Sequence record: MH791398.1
DNA: 64,000 nt
Strand: one strand, 5' to 3'
Position 1 is the first letter of the stretch. The number at the start of each line of letters is the position of its first letter. This document shows positions 24,633 to 34,979 of the stretch, one piece after another. The notes beneath the pieces were generated by a model, which was given only the letters and a program-made list of their open reading frames with translations, was not told the DNA's origin and ran no database searches. The position numbers and the translations under genes are program-made.

Positions 24633-26467
24633 AATTTGAATTCTTTTTTGGCGTTGTAGAGGATCGGTTTGATCCTCTTAATCAAGGTAGATATAGAGTT
24701 CGTGTGATGGGATACCACACTGACCAAAAATCAAAAGATGATTTGATTGGTATACCTACTGATGAACTTCTTTGGATGCGCTGTGCCACGTCAACGGATT
24801 CAGCCTCTATATCTGGTGTGGGAAATAGTCCAACAAACCTAGTAGAGGGTGTGTGGGTTATGGGGGTTTTCAAGGATGAATTTAAACAGGATGGTTTAAT
24901 ACTTTTTTCTATCCCCGGATCTTATGTCCAAAAACCAAATACTCTACGGGGATTCTGTGACCCAACAGGTCAATACCCTCGTTATATTGGTAACGACGTT
25001 AATATATTAGCCGGTGGTGGACAAAAAGGGGCTGGTATTCATGGAACTGCCCCGGTGTCTATTGATGGAAAGCCGTTATCGGTTTATACTCAGGATGAAA
25101 ATACTTCTGGTGCATTAGCCCCTGATGACAAATCATTTGACGATGCAATCGCAGATGACGATCCGGATTTCACAATTGAAAAAATGTTGAAGGGGGACGA
25201 AGGGGTTAGGAACAAATGGTATCTCGATTCTCTTGGATATCCAACCATAGGTATTGGTCATCTAATCATACATGAGAATACACGAAACGTAGCCCGTATA
25301 GATGCGATTCTAACCCAACAGTTGGGTCATCCTGTACAAGGGGGTGTGATCTCCCCAGAAGACGTTACAAAGCTGTTTAACGAGGATATCCAAAAGACTC
25401 GTGCTGATATGATGAGATTCGAAAATATACGTCGTGTCTACGTCAAAGAAAATAGAAGTCGTCAAATGGCTTTAGAAAATATGGCGTTTCAGATGGGGGC
25501 TGGCGGATTAGCGAAATTCAAAAATACACTAAACGCTATGTATGAAGAACGTTGGCGAGATGCATATAATGGTATGCTCGACTCTCTTTGGGCTAGACAA
25601 ACTCCGGGTCGAGCGAATCGGGTTGCCAAGATTATTTTAACCGGAAACCTAGAGTCTTATGGAGTAAAACCAAAACCAGAGGAACCGCCTATTATCCCAA
25701 TATCTGGGAGAATGAAGCGTTCTATTATGGCATTGTCCTCTCCGGTTGTTTTTGCTGACGAAGTAGACCCAGATGATCCGTCCGTTCCACCACCACCTCG
25801 TACTGATGGTCTTCTTTTCGAAGAACCACCTAGCGCATATGCTGCTGAATACCCATATAACCATGTATATGAATCGGAGAGTGGTCATATTCAGGAATTT
25901 GATGATACTCCGGGGAAAGAACGATATAACCTGAAACATACATCAGGGACGTATATTGAGATTTCTGGTGGTGGTCGTCAAGTAAACAAAGTTATGGGTG
26001 ATGACTATGTTATCGATATGGCAAACAGGATGATCAACGTAAAGGGTGATTATCAGGTAGTTGTTGAAGGTAACGCGACTGTATACGTTATGGGTAACTG
26101 TACCCAGCAAGTTGATGGAAACTTGACTCAGGTTGTCAAAGGAAACGTATCTGAATCGGTTTATGGTAACGTTGAACAGTCGGTGAAGGGGAACGTTAAG
26201 CAAACTGTTAACGGTGGCTTAGAATCGCGTATAGACGCTGATGTGACCCTATCTGTCGGTGGTAGTGTTGTTAGTGATATAGAAGGGAATTTAACTGCAA
26301 CAGTTCAAGGTAATTGCAACGAGAACGTAGAGGGTGATATGAACCTTAATGTTTTTGGTGATTATACAGTTACTGTATCTGGTGACTATAAATCGCAAGC
26401 TGCTCAATCTCTTATTACCTCTCAAGGTACGACCGAGATTAGTGGTTCTACTGTTAGTATTAACTAA
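24629..26467 (+). CDS. 5: Baseplate central spike / tail lysozyme gp5
   Basis: OB-fold VVEDRFDPLNQGRYRVR, lysozyme domain, YPYNHVYESESGH, VxGxxxxx beta-helix repeats. Confidence 0.97.
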   Translation: MKFEFFFGVVEDRFDPLNQGRYRVRVMGYHTDQKSKDDLIGIPTDELLWMRCATSTDSASISGVGNSPTNLVEGVWVMGVFKDEFKQDGLILFSIPGSYVQKPNTLRGFCDPTGQYPRYIGNDVNILAGGGQKGAGIHGTAPVSIDGKPLSVYTQDENTSGALAPDDKSFDDAIADDDPDFTIEKMLKGDEGVRNKWYLDSLGYPTIGIGHLIIHENTRNVARIDAILTQQLGHPVQGGVISPEDVTKLFNEDIQKTRADMMRFENIRRVYVKENRSRQMALENMAFQMGAGGLAKFKNTLNAMYEERWRDAYNGMLDSLWARQTPGRANRVAKIILTGNLESYGVKPKPEEPPIIPISGRMKRSIMALSSPVVFADEVDPDDPSVPPPPRTDGLLFEEPPSAYAAEYPYNHVYESESGHIQEFDDTPGKERYNLKHTSGTYIEISGGGRQVNKVMGDDYVIDMANRMINVKGDYQVVVEGNATVYVMGNCTQQVDGNLTQVVKGNVSESVYGNVEQSVKGNVKQTVNGGLESRIDADVTLSVGGSVVSDIEGNLTATVQGNCNENVEGDMNLNVFGDYTVTVSGDYKSQAAQSLITSQGTTEISGSTVSIN

Positions 26468-26469
26468 CG

Positions 26470-26498
26470 AAAAGGGATCCCAAATCGGGATCCCTTTT
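26470..26498. terminator. Bidirectional terminator (near-identical to 3400-3428)
   Basis: AAAAGGGATCCC-AAATC-GGGATCCCTTTT. Confidence 0.85.
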
Positions 26499-26501
26499 GT
26501 T

Positions 26502-26777
26502 TTAGATGTCGTCTGCACTTCGTTTGATATATTCTTGGAGTGCTTCTTTTTCAAGTCCCCACACAAAAGATAGAGTGCCGCCACCTACATCAATTTCAAA
26601 TGGACAGAAATCCCAATAAATGGTTTCTTTCATCTTTACTTCCATCAGAAGTTCTTCGTCTTCAACTTTATCAAAGTTCTTTTCGATAAAGTTTTTTAGT
26701 TCTCGACGAACTCGAAAATTATGAACCTGATTTTCTTTAAAACCAGCAAAATTAGTTCCTACATAAATTAGTTTCAT
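26502..26777 (-). CDS. Hypothetical protein
   Basis: 91 aa ORF with RBS. Confidence 0.65.
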   Translation of the reverse strand: MKLIYVGTNFAGFKENQVHNFRVRRELKNFIEKNFDKVEDEELLMEVKMKETIYWDFCPFEIDVGGGTLSFVWGLEKEALQEYIKRSADDI

Positions 26778-26788
26778 ATTTATTTTCC

Positions 26789-27154
26789 TTATAGAGATTC
26801 CAACATCTCGTCAATTCGATGTACTTGCTTCATCAATTCTTTGCGCAAAACCAATAAATCATTTTTGGTTTTGTTTACCTTCGGAGGTTCGTACGATTCC
26901 ACTTCATCTGGTTCCGCGATCATAAGGTATTCTTTCATCTCTTTCGAAGTAAAGATTGGGCTGAATTCATTTAGATTTTCATATCCTTCTATTTTATAGA
27001 TTTCATCTTCCTGTTTTTCATCGACAAAAAAGATATCCATACCAAGTGTTTCCACTATGATGCGATTATTTTCCTCGTTGCCATCTTTTTCTCCAAACTG
27101 GATAAATTTTTCCATTGCTTCTTCGTTTTTGAATTTGAATTTATTATACATCAT
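26789..27154 (-). CDS. Hypothetical protein
   Basis: 121 aa acidic ORF with GAGGG RBS. Confidence 0.65.
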   Translation of the reverse strand: MMYNKFKFKNEEAMEKFIQFGEKDGNEENNRIIVETLGMDIFFVDEKQEDEIYKIEGYENLNEFSPIFTSKEMKEYLMIAEPDEVESYEPPKVNKTKNDLLVLRKELMKQVHRIDEMLESL

Positions 27155-27213
27155 ATTATACCCTCTATTTTATATGAACAACCCCTAAATACTCCATAAT
27201 GGAGGATTTTTAT

Positions 27214-27726
27214 ATGGCACAAATTAACACACCTACCAACTGGAAGTCAACCATTTTTGATGGAGAGACCTCTATAGATAGCTTGTTTAGCTATACACTA
27301 GCCGCATCTGACCAACTGGTTAGTTTTACGGTGGTTCCGTCAGAAGACCTATCACCAGATGGGATTTTTCTTGATGGTAACAGATTGTATGGGAAAGTCA
27401 ATGACTATTTTGATGGGAAAGTGGATTTGGTTCTAAAGTATAGAGATAGAACATCTCTACAGATATCGCAAACAAATTCGTTTGCTTCTTTACCAGAACC
27501 AACTGCTTGTGACCTCATAGCATTTAACCCACCAAGCGAATTGAAAAAGGTTGTTACTTATACACAGACATTGGTTTATGACGATATTACAGATCCTGTA
27601 CTACCAGTTAGAAAAACAGTTAGTGATTCTATAAATATGACTATCATAGGATCATTTGATGGTTGGGTTGCAAAATTTAGAGCTTATGTATCTTCGTCTG
27701 GGCCTTTTCCAAAATTGGGGATATGA
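27214..27726 (+). CDS. 5.1: gp5.1-like baseplate-associated protein
   Basis: Position between genes 5 and 5.4; late promoter 27184-27191; GGAGG RBS. Confidence 0.65.
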   Translation: MAQINTPTNWKSTIFDGETSIDSLFSYTLAASDQLVSFTVVPSEDLSPDGIFLDGNRLYGKVNDYFDGKVDLVLKYRDRTSLQISQTNSFASLPEPTACDLIAFNPPSELKKVVTYTQTLVYDDITDPVLPVRKTVSDSINMTIIGSFDGWVAKFRAYVSSSGPFPKLGI

Positions 27727-28025
27727 AAATGGCAGGTTTAGTATTAAATGGCGCAAAAACTGTTGGGCCGGGGCCTTGGTTACCAAGTCAGGTTATTGGA
27801 ACCACAACTACGGTTTTTGCTAACGGAAAACAAATTCTAGTTAGAGAAGATGATAGGGTGATTACTCACATAAAGCCCGGTGATGACCCAAGTCCGAAGT
27901 CTGGACTTGTTATCGCCAGTAGCGCGAAAGTATTCATCGAAGGGAAACGGGTTGCGCAATTAGCAGATCTTTGTACAGAAGGGGAAGTTATTGTGGAATG
28001 TTCATCTAATGTATTTGTTGTTTGA
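27723..28025 (+). CDS. 5.4: PAAR-type spike tip gp5.4
   Basis: GPWLPSQV, VFANGK, VFIEGKRVAQLAD, SSNVF. Confidence 0.8.
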   Translation: MKMAGLVLNGAKTVGPGPWLPSQVIGTTTTVFANGKQILVREDDRVITHIKPGDDPSPKSGLVIASSAKVFIEGKRVAQLADLCTEGEVIVECSSNVFVV

Positions 28026-28033
28026 GGTTTATT

Positions 28034-28462
28034 ATGGCTGGATTTTTTGGAAACAGATTAAAAATTATCACAAACGAGAAAACTGTCTATTATACAGATA
28101 TAGACCCCAATTTTCGTCGTGATATAAAGACAAACGATGTTCTTATGACACAGAATATCGGTGCGGTGCAATTGTCAATGGCTGGTATTATAGCAACTAG
28201 GAAGCGCGAAAAACCGTTTGATCCTGATTTTGGCTGTGATATTAGTGCAGAACTATTTGAATTAATGAATGATGCGTCAACTAGTGCGGTTGAACGAAGT
28301 ATATATGATGCAATAAGAAACTATGAACCTCGTGTAAAATTGAGGCAGGTACAAGTCGTTCCTTTATACGACAGAAACGAATATATAGTTTCTATTTATT
28401 ATTCTCTTATCACAAATTTATCAACTGTTGTTGAACTAAAAATGGAACTATCAAATGGCTAA
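28034..28462 (+). CDS. 25: Baseplate wedge gp25
   Basis: YTDID, IIATRKREKPFDPDFGCDI, IRNYEPRV. Confidence 0.93.
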   Translation: MAGFFGNRLKIITNEKTVYYTDIDPNFRRDIKTNDVLMTQNIGAVQLSMAGIIATRKREKPFDPDFGCDISAELFELMNDASTSAVERSIYDAIRNYEPRVKLRQVQVVPLYDRNEYIVSIYYSLITNLSTVVELKMELSNG

Positions 28463-30410
28463 TATTAACTCAGTTGAAATCCCAAACGTATTCAAAGAGA
28501 GTACCTTTGAAGGTTTCAAAACCAGATTACGGGATTTCTTTAAAAACCAATATGAATTTAAAGATTATGATTTTGAAGGGTCGAGATTGACTGTCCTGAT
28601 AGAATCGATGGCTTATGCAATGCTATATCATCAGCAATTTGCAAACGGGGCTTTATTTGAAGGGTACAACCAAACTGCCCGTCTTCGTTCTTCTGTGGTT
28701 CAACACGCACAAGATAACGGGTATATGCCTTGGGGTATGAGTGCTAGTACTAATATGATACAGATCCAAGCGTATTATAGCCCGATTGATAGTAGTCCTC
28801 GTTCTATTACAATTCCGAAGGGTACTAAATTCACTGCTTCTATTGAAGAAGTTGAATTTTATGATTATGTAACTTGGGAAGACGTCGAGGTAATCCGTGG
28901 TATAGACAAACGATATATTACAGATCTTAACTTGGTTCAAGGTAGAATTATCAGAAACCAAATGACGTTTGGTCAGGATGGGACTATTGTAATTCAGGAT
29001 CCAAATATTGACCGTAGATATGTTAACGTTTATGTGAACGGGGCTAAATGGGAAGACTGGTCTAACAAACCGATTGTTCGTGTTGGTGGTACTTCGACTG
29101 TTTTTTATCAACGAGAAACAATTGATAGTTTCACTGAAATATATTTCGGGGAAGGCGACTCTACCGTTGATACTAACGGTATGCTCCGCAGTAACTACGT
29201 TGGTGGTTTAAAGCCTTCTGTAGGGGATACCATCGTTTTGGAATATATAAGCACCAAAGGAACCGCCGCTAACGGTTCTCGTGGTTTTGATTATGTGGAT
29301 ACAATTCCTAACTTGGTGGTTGAAGAGATTAGAGAAAACCCAACTCATCCTGACGGAATTAACGATGTGAATTATGTTGGATCTATTGGTGGTGGTGAAG
29401 TTGAGGATATAGAACGTATTCGTTCACTAGGTCCGGTAATGAGAGAGACACAGCGCCGTTGTGTTACTGCTTCCGACTACGAAACTTTCATATCTAGTCG
29501 ATTTGGGAACATTGTTCAGGCTATCCAGTGTTATACCAACCCAGAAAAGCCGGGTTATGCATTCATTGCGATAAAGCCTCAAGATGGTTTATATCTGACT
29601 ACTGTTCAGAAAGAAGACATCCAAAACTATCTGAGACCGTTTAACGTTAGTACGATTACGCCGGTTGTTCATAGTCCAAATTATATGTATGTGAAAACCA
29701 ATGCCAAGGTTACCTACGCAATAAACCAACTCCCACAAACAGAAGAATGGTTACAAGGTCAGATCTTGAATTCCATAGACCGTTATTATACGGAAGAGGT
29801 TGAAATCTTCAACGCTGGTTTCTATACATCCAAGATGAACAGTCGTATTGATAATACTGATGTGTCTATTCTTGGTACGGAAACAAAAATTGGACTTGTT
29901 CGAGAAATAGACAACTATCTAGTTAGTCCGATGAATGGTATTCAGTACAATAACGACCTAGTTGAAGGCTCTATCTATAGCACCGAAATAAAATATATCC
30001 ATAACACAACAACAAGTTATGATGTTCATTATGTTGGTACTAAGAAGAACGATATTCCTGATCCGTCTGGGGTACACAGCGAAAATACTGGGTTGATGTT
30101 GGTTGGACCCTTTGCTGCTGGTCATATATCTGGTGTTCAAGAATATACCGGAAGCGACTTTGATAGGAAAGAAATTGATGGGCGCAGTAAATACTATGTA
30201 GTTGGATCTATAAATTATGAAATAGACCAAATCACATTCGACCTTGGTGTTCTCAATAAAGACCCAGATCAGTTTATTGCGGCATATATTGAATTACATA
30301 GTGAACCAACCTCACTTAATATATTCCCGTCCGATGGTACATTGATCGTTTTTGAGAATAACCTACGTCCTCAATACACAACAATTGAAATGAACTCGGT
30401 GGTAATTTAA
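28455..30410 (+). CDS. 6: Baseplate wedge gp6
   Basis: EFKDYDFEGSRL, TARLRSSVVQHAQDNGY, RETQRRCVTASDY. Confidence 0.96.
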   Translation: MANINSVEIPNVFKESTFEGFKTRLRDFFKNQYEFKDYDFEGSRLTVLIESMAYAMLYHQQFANGALFEGYNQTARLRSSVVQHAQDNGYMPWGMSASTNMIQIQAYYSPIDSSPRSITIPKGTKFTASIEEVEFYDYVTWEDVEVIRGIDKRYITDLNLVQGRIIRNQMTFGQDGTIVIQDPNIDRRYVNVYVNGAKWEDWSNKPIVRVGGTSTVFYQRETIDSFTEIYFGEGDSTVDTNGMLRSNYVGGLKPSVGDTIVLEYISTKGTAANGSRGFDYVDTIPNLVVEEIRENPTHPDGINDVNYVGSIGGGEVEDIERIRSLGPVMRETQRRCVTASDYETFISSRFGNIVQAIQCYTNPEKPGYAFIAIKPQDGLYLTTVQKEDIQNYLRPFNVSTITPVVHSPNYMYVKTNAKVTYAINQLPQTEEWLQGQILNSIDRYYTEEVEIFNAGFYTSKMNSRIDNTDVSILGTETKIGLVREIDNYLVSPMNGIQYNNDLVEGSIYSTEIKYIHNTTTSYDVHYVGTKKNDIPDPSGVHSENTGLMLVGPFAAGHISGVQEYTGSDFDRKEIDGRSKYYVVGSINYEIDQITFDLGVLNKDPDQFIAAYIELHSEPTSLNIFPSDGTLIVFENNLRPQYTTIEMNSVVI

Positions 30411-30412
30411 AA

Positions 30413-33400
30413 ATGATAAAAGCTCCAACAATAACAAGTCTTCGCGTCGCCATGCTCGGCGTGAACTTCGTTCACCTAAAATGGGATGATGTAGGTTCGA
30501 ACTATTTTTATATTGTCGAATACACCATCGTTTCAGGTACTGGGGTAGATAGTTGGACACAATTGGGGGTGGAATATTCCCCCGAATTTTTCAGTTCATC
30601 TCTCATTCCAGATACAAAATATAAATTTAGAATATCTACAACTCATCCCGGTTTGGAGCCGTCTGATTGGGTTGTTAGTGATGTAATAGAATCATTCACA
30701 ACAAACGCATATCAAATAACCACCATGGAGAAATTCATTCCATCGTTTAAGTTTATTGATATGAAGTTACATAAAAACAAGATGGATTATATCAACCTCA
30801 ATAGTGATGTGATTCAGGCTAGTTTGATGAATGAAAACTTTATATACGATCCTAGTATCTCAAACGTCACGAATATAGAAAATTTTGTTACTAGTGACGA
30901 TGAATACCATGAGATTTTGGGTTCTGTATCAAAAATTTGTCGGGATATTAATAGCGTTTACCTTGGCGCAAACCGTCGTGTTGTATACGCATTTGAAAAA
31001 TATCAAAACTACTGTAAGGTAACTAACGACGGTGGGCAGAACTGGTATTACTACCAAGCTATTTCTGATCGCGTTGGATACCCAACCGGTAATACCGTAA
31101 TGAGCCAAAACAGGAATACATCTTTCCTTCTTGGTTATGATTTTGCTTTTTACGGACGAAATGTTGATGAAGTAAGATTTAGCTCAGACCTTCATTTTTG
31201 GTCGGATGATCAGCTTACATTTGTTAAGATGGATACTGATTCGTCTATCCCATTTCCTACTATGTTCTTTGGGACTTTTGCCAAGTACCCAGACGATATC
31301 AGAAGAAAAGTAGAAGCTCAAACGTCCTCTAATATGTGGCTATATGCCGCTGCAAATGGTGTTGCTAGACGTATACGAGTATCTGGTGGTCCAACCGATA
31401 ATGAAGGTAATATCATATGGGACCCGGAAGTCTTTACGATCTGTGATAATCCAAACGTAGTAGTTAAGAAAATGGATGTACTTAACGAGGTTTGTTATGC
31501 GCTGGTATCCGGTGAAGTAGATGCAGGGAAAGATAAAAGAGATCCGAAAAACGTAAAGAAATCTGTATATTCTGGTGTATATCGCCTCAACGAAAAATAC
31601 AAGAAAGAAGATTTCATGTTGGGAAATATGAATTTCTCCGACCCAACAGAAGATATTAATTTTGTAAATGGTATTGACGTTGGTCGTGAGATGGTAACTT
31701 TCCTTCCTGACGGTACACACGTTGGTAAAGTTTCTACTAGATGGGAATCTAGAGTATTCCAAGGTAGAACCCATGGAATGCAAATGAAAGTCAACTTTGT
31801 ACCAAGTGATAGCCATGACTCGTTTGAGTTTATTGCTGATATCTATTCCGATCCAGTACAAAAGATAGTAGACCCGGTGAAATATAGTCGGTTTGTTGAT
31901 GATTTTGCATATCCTAATATTTTTGACCTTTACCAAGAAGATGGGCAGATAGTAAAGCCTTCTGTTCCGGATGGTGGGTCATGGGAAAGAGTGTTTGGAA
32001 ATACTGAGGATGAACGGTATAATATCGAACACAAATATTCCGATATGAGTGTTGATGGTACTAAATTATTTGTGTCCGGTGCAACTTATAAATACACCAA
32101 TACTATCGAAGATCTTGATACCGTTAATAAATACCCGGATGATGTGACCTATGCGGTAAAATACAGTTCCGATTTTGGATATCTTAGTGAAAAGAAAGTT
32201 TTCATGTATCAATGGGAAACCGAAGATGGTGATGTTTTCTCCTTAAGACCAGCTAGATATTATAACGAGGCTGGGTTTGATTATATGGCTATGACTGGGG
32301 AGAGGGTTTGGAAAAACCATGAAAACCGAATAGTTCTTATAACACCTTCCACCAAATACCAATATAACATAGACCCTACACGGGAATATAACAAAGAAGT
32401 TTGGAATAAAGGTTCTGTAAAATTTTATCTGAACAATATCAATTTCAAAAACTTTAGTAAGTATTGTAACGGTATTTTGATTCACACTGCCTACAATAGA
32501 GAGAATGGTCTTGGTGGGGAGATATTTGGATACTATGAGTTCCCTTATCGTGTTAGGGATGAAGCATCTGTATTTTGGAGACCAGAATATATCGCGTTGC
32601 AAGCTTCTTTGATAAACCAAGAAAGAGAAGTTGTTGAAGAGAAGAAGGATGATACAGGTATAATTGATCCAAATATCGCACCTATGTTGAGAATTATGGG
32701 ACCTGAACATTATTTCAACGACTCAAATTACTCTAAGTTTGCTGAATATTATCTTCAATTCCTATCAGAAGGTACTGATTCGATGTATGGTAAACTTCTC
32801 AATTTCATCAAACTAAAATACCCGAGAGAGAAAGATTCTTTTGTATTTTTGTGGTCTGAGATGAGACGACGGAATATATATCTAGACCAAAACAAGAGAG
32901 ATGAGGTTGTTAAATTCTTCGAAGCCAACGCCAATAACTTTTATAGCTCAAAGGGAACTCTGGATAGTTATAAGTTCTTGTTCAAACTGCTATATGATGC
33001 CGATGTAGATATTGAAATCGAATCTCAAGTTGGGATAGATTATGATATACTGGTTAAGTCGTCTAATATCAGTACTGATCTTGTTGGAAGAACGATATTT
33101 ACCAAAACTGGTCGAGCCAACGTTACCTATATTGAACGTCAGTTTGTTGATGGTCAATTAAGATGGAAAATAACGATTCATAACCTTATTGGGAAGTTGG
33201 AAGTTGGGCAAGAAATAAAATCTGAATCTAGTTCTTTTGTTGGTGAAGTCACTCGGGGAGTTAAGGGTAAAGAGCTAGCATATTCCGACATAGATTATAT
33301 AAACAGAAACAGATCTTACTATATGATGAGAATTCGTTCTGAATTGAACACATCTCGGTATAAGGATGATGTTATTCGGTTTGTTCATCCAGTTGGATTT

Positions 33401-33916
33401 GGATTTGTTGGTATTACTCTACTAACTGTTATGGTTAACGGGGGTATTTCTATGAAACACATAGAGACTATCGTCGATATAAATAAATCATATCGGTGGG
33501 ATTCTGGTTTACCTAGCCTAACCCCTAAATATAGAACAGTACCAGACCCCAATGGTTCGTTTACAGATCCAGTACCTCTATTCGACCCGATAACTGGGGA
33601 ATTAATGGAAGTGGAACAACCACAAACGCCATTTGATGTGTCTGAGTGGAATAACGCAATTGATACAAGTACCGGTAATGTATTTGAGGTCAGGAATTAT
33701 GACCAAGATGAACAGAACTGGACTGTTGACGGTGTTGTTTATACCCCATCGGCACGTAGGCTTGATGGTAGTCCCCTGTTTAGCGATTTCAGTAGTAGGT
33801 ATTCTGACCTTAAACGGTTGTCAGAAAAACGGCTTAAGGATGATATAGGCAATCCTCGTGATGTAAGTAAACTCCTTGTGCCAGTACCACCTACCCAAGT
33901 TAAGGTAGAACAATAA
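30413..33916 (+). CDS. 7: Baseplate wedge initiator gp7
   Basis: MIKAPTITSLR, WDDVGSNYFY, FVHPVGFGF. Confidence 0.95.
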   Translation: MIKAPTITSLRVAMLGVNFVHLKWDDVGSNYFYIVEYTIVSGTGVDSWTQLGVEYSPEFFSSSLIPDTKYKFRISTTHPGLEPSDWVVSDVIESFTTNAYQITTMEKFIPSFKFIDMKLHKNKMDYINLNSDVIQASLMNENFIYDPSISNVTNIENFVTSDDEYHEILGSVSKICRDINSVYLGANRRVVYAFEKYQNYCKVTNDGGQNWYYYQAISDRVGYPTGNTVMSQNRNTSFLLGYDFAFYGRNVDEVRFSSDLHFWSDDQLTFVKMDTDSSIPFPTMFFGTFAKYPDDIRRKVEAQTSSNMWLYAAANGVARRIRVSGGPTDNEGNIIWDPEVFTICDNPNVVVKKMDVLNEVCYALVSGEVDAGKDKRDPKNVKKSVYSGVYRLNEKYKKEDFMLGNMNFSDPTEDINFVNGIDVGREMVTFLPDGTHVGKVSTRWESRVFQGRTHGMQMKVNFVPSDSHDSFEFIADIYSDPVQKIVDPVKYSRFVDDFAYPNIFDLYQEDGQIVKPSVPDGGSWERVFGNTEDERYNIEHKYSDMSVDGTKLFVSGATYKYTNTIEDLDTVNKYPDDVTYAVKYSSDFGYLSEKKVFMYQWETEDGDVFSLRPARYYNEAGFDYMAMTGERVWKNHENRIVLITPSTKYQYNIDPTREYNKEVWNKGSVKFYLNNINFKNFSKYCNGILIHTAYNRENGLGGEIFGYYEFPYRVRDEASVFWRPEYIALQASLINQEREVVEEKKDDTGIIDPNIAPMLRIMGPEHYFNDSNYSKFAEYYLQFLSEGTDSMYGKLLNFIKLKYPREKDSFVFLWSEMRRRNIYLDQNKRDEVVKFFEANANNFYSSKGTLDSYKFLFKLLYDADVDIEIESQVGIDYDILVKSSNISTDLVGRTIFTKTGRANVTYIERQFVDGQLRWKITIHNLIGKLEVGQEIKSESSSFVGEVTRGVKGKELAYSDIDYINRNRSYYMMRIRSELNTSRYKDDVIRFVHPVGFGFVGITLLTVMVNGGISMKHIETIVDINKSYRWDSGLPSLTPKYRTVPDPNGSFTDPVPLFDPITGELMEVEQPQTPFDVSEWNNAIDTSTGNVFEVRNYDQDEQNWTVDGVVYTPSARRLDGSPLFSDFSSRYSDLKRLSEKRLKDDIGNPRDVSKLLVPVPPTQVKVEQ

Positions 33917-34899
33917 TGTCAGTGATTTATAGAGCAATGGTTACTAGCGACTTTCGGGTCGCTAACCTTTTAAACTTTTATTCTCTTATCGGAGATGGTA
34001 ATACACAAAATACCCTCTATGCATATTTCGGGAGAAGTGAAGCATGGGCTGATAATGAATCAGACCCAAAATTTGCACCACCATATCCCGATGATACGTC
34101 AGAGGGGTATTCTGATGTTTGGTCTAGAATGCTGGGAGCTGTTAAGATCCAAAAAGAGCTTATTCGTCCAGTAGTGCCCCGTAAGGATTGGGGGGACCAG
34201 AGATATGCAGACCCATACACTTTCCATATCGGTGACATTGTAGTTACCAACTCAGCCCCGTATAATACAACTGAAATTGGATCTGGGTGGATGGTATATC
34301 GTTGTGTTGATGTACCATCAGATGGTATGTGTTCAATTCAAACCATTAAAGACAAGGAAGAGTGTTTGAAAGTTGGTGGTAAATGGACTCCATCAATATT
34401 CAGCATACTCCCGATAGGACGTTCTGATGGCGTAAACATGCAAGATGGTTATATATGGGAATACCTATACACAATACCAACCGACGTTGCGATAAACGAT
34501 TGTTCAAATGAATATATCGTAGTACCAACTCCAGATGAACTAAAAACATCTCCTGATGTATGGGGATACCAACACGTTATAACTTGGTATCCAAATGATT
34601 ATAACCTTATTGGTAGAATAAAATGTAATACACTTAGGTTTAGATCATATTTTGATAGTTATAATTTCCCCGCATCAAGTAAAATCGGTAACACTGGTTT
34701 TCGGCAGATGGGGATTATAAATAATCCACTTTTGGTTAAAAATACACCAGCAGATCCGGATGTAAAAGCAACTGCACTCAGTTATGATCCATCTCAGTTA
34801 GAAAGACATAGTGGGAATATTATCTATATGGATAATAGACAACCTGTAATTCGTTCTAGAGATCAAACGGAAGAATTTAACGTGGTGTTTAGTTTCTGA
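33916..34899 (+). CDS. 8: Baseplate wedge gp8
   Basis: IYRAMVTS.FR, RKDWGD, GYIWEYLYTIP, IYMDNRQPVIRS.DQTEE. Confidence 0.96.
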   Translation: MSVIYRAMVTSDFRVANLLNFYSLIGDGNTQNTLYAYFGRSEAWADNESDPKFAPPYPDDTSEGYSDVWSRMLGAVKIQKELIRPVVPRKDWGDQRYADPYTFHIGDIVVTNSAPYNTTEIGSGWMVYRCVDVPSDGMCSIQTIKDKEECLKVGGKWTPSIFSILPIGRSDGVNMQDGYIWEYLYTIPTDVAINDCSNEYIVVPTPDELKTSPDVWGYQHVITWYPNDYNLIGRIKCNTLRFRSYFDSYNFPASSKIGNTGFRQMGIINNPLLVKNTPADPDVKATALSYDPSQLERHSGNIIYMDNRQPVIRSRDQTEEFNVVFSF

Positions 34900-34979
34900 A
34901 AAAACCCGACCATTAGGTCGGGTTTTTTATTTTCTCCTAAATACAAGGGTGAACCCTATAAAATAAAGGATATAAAATA

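Noticed and set aside
26030-26440. Periodic GT..GG.AA. repeats in gene 5
   Set aside because: These encode the known VxGxxxxx triple beta-helix of gp5
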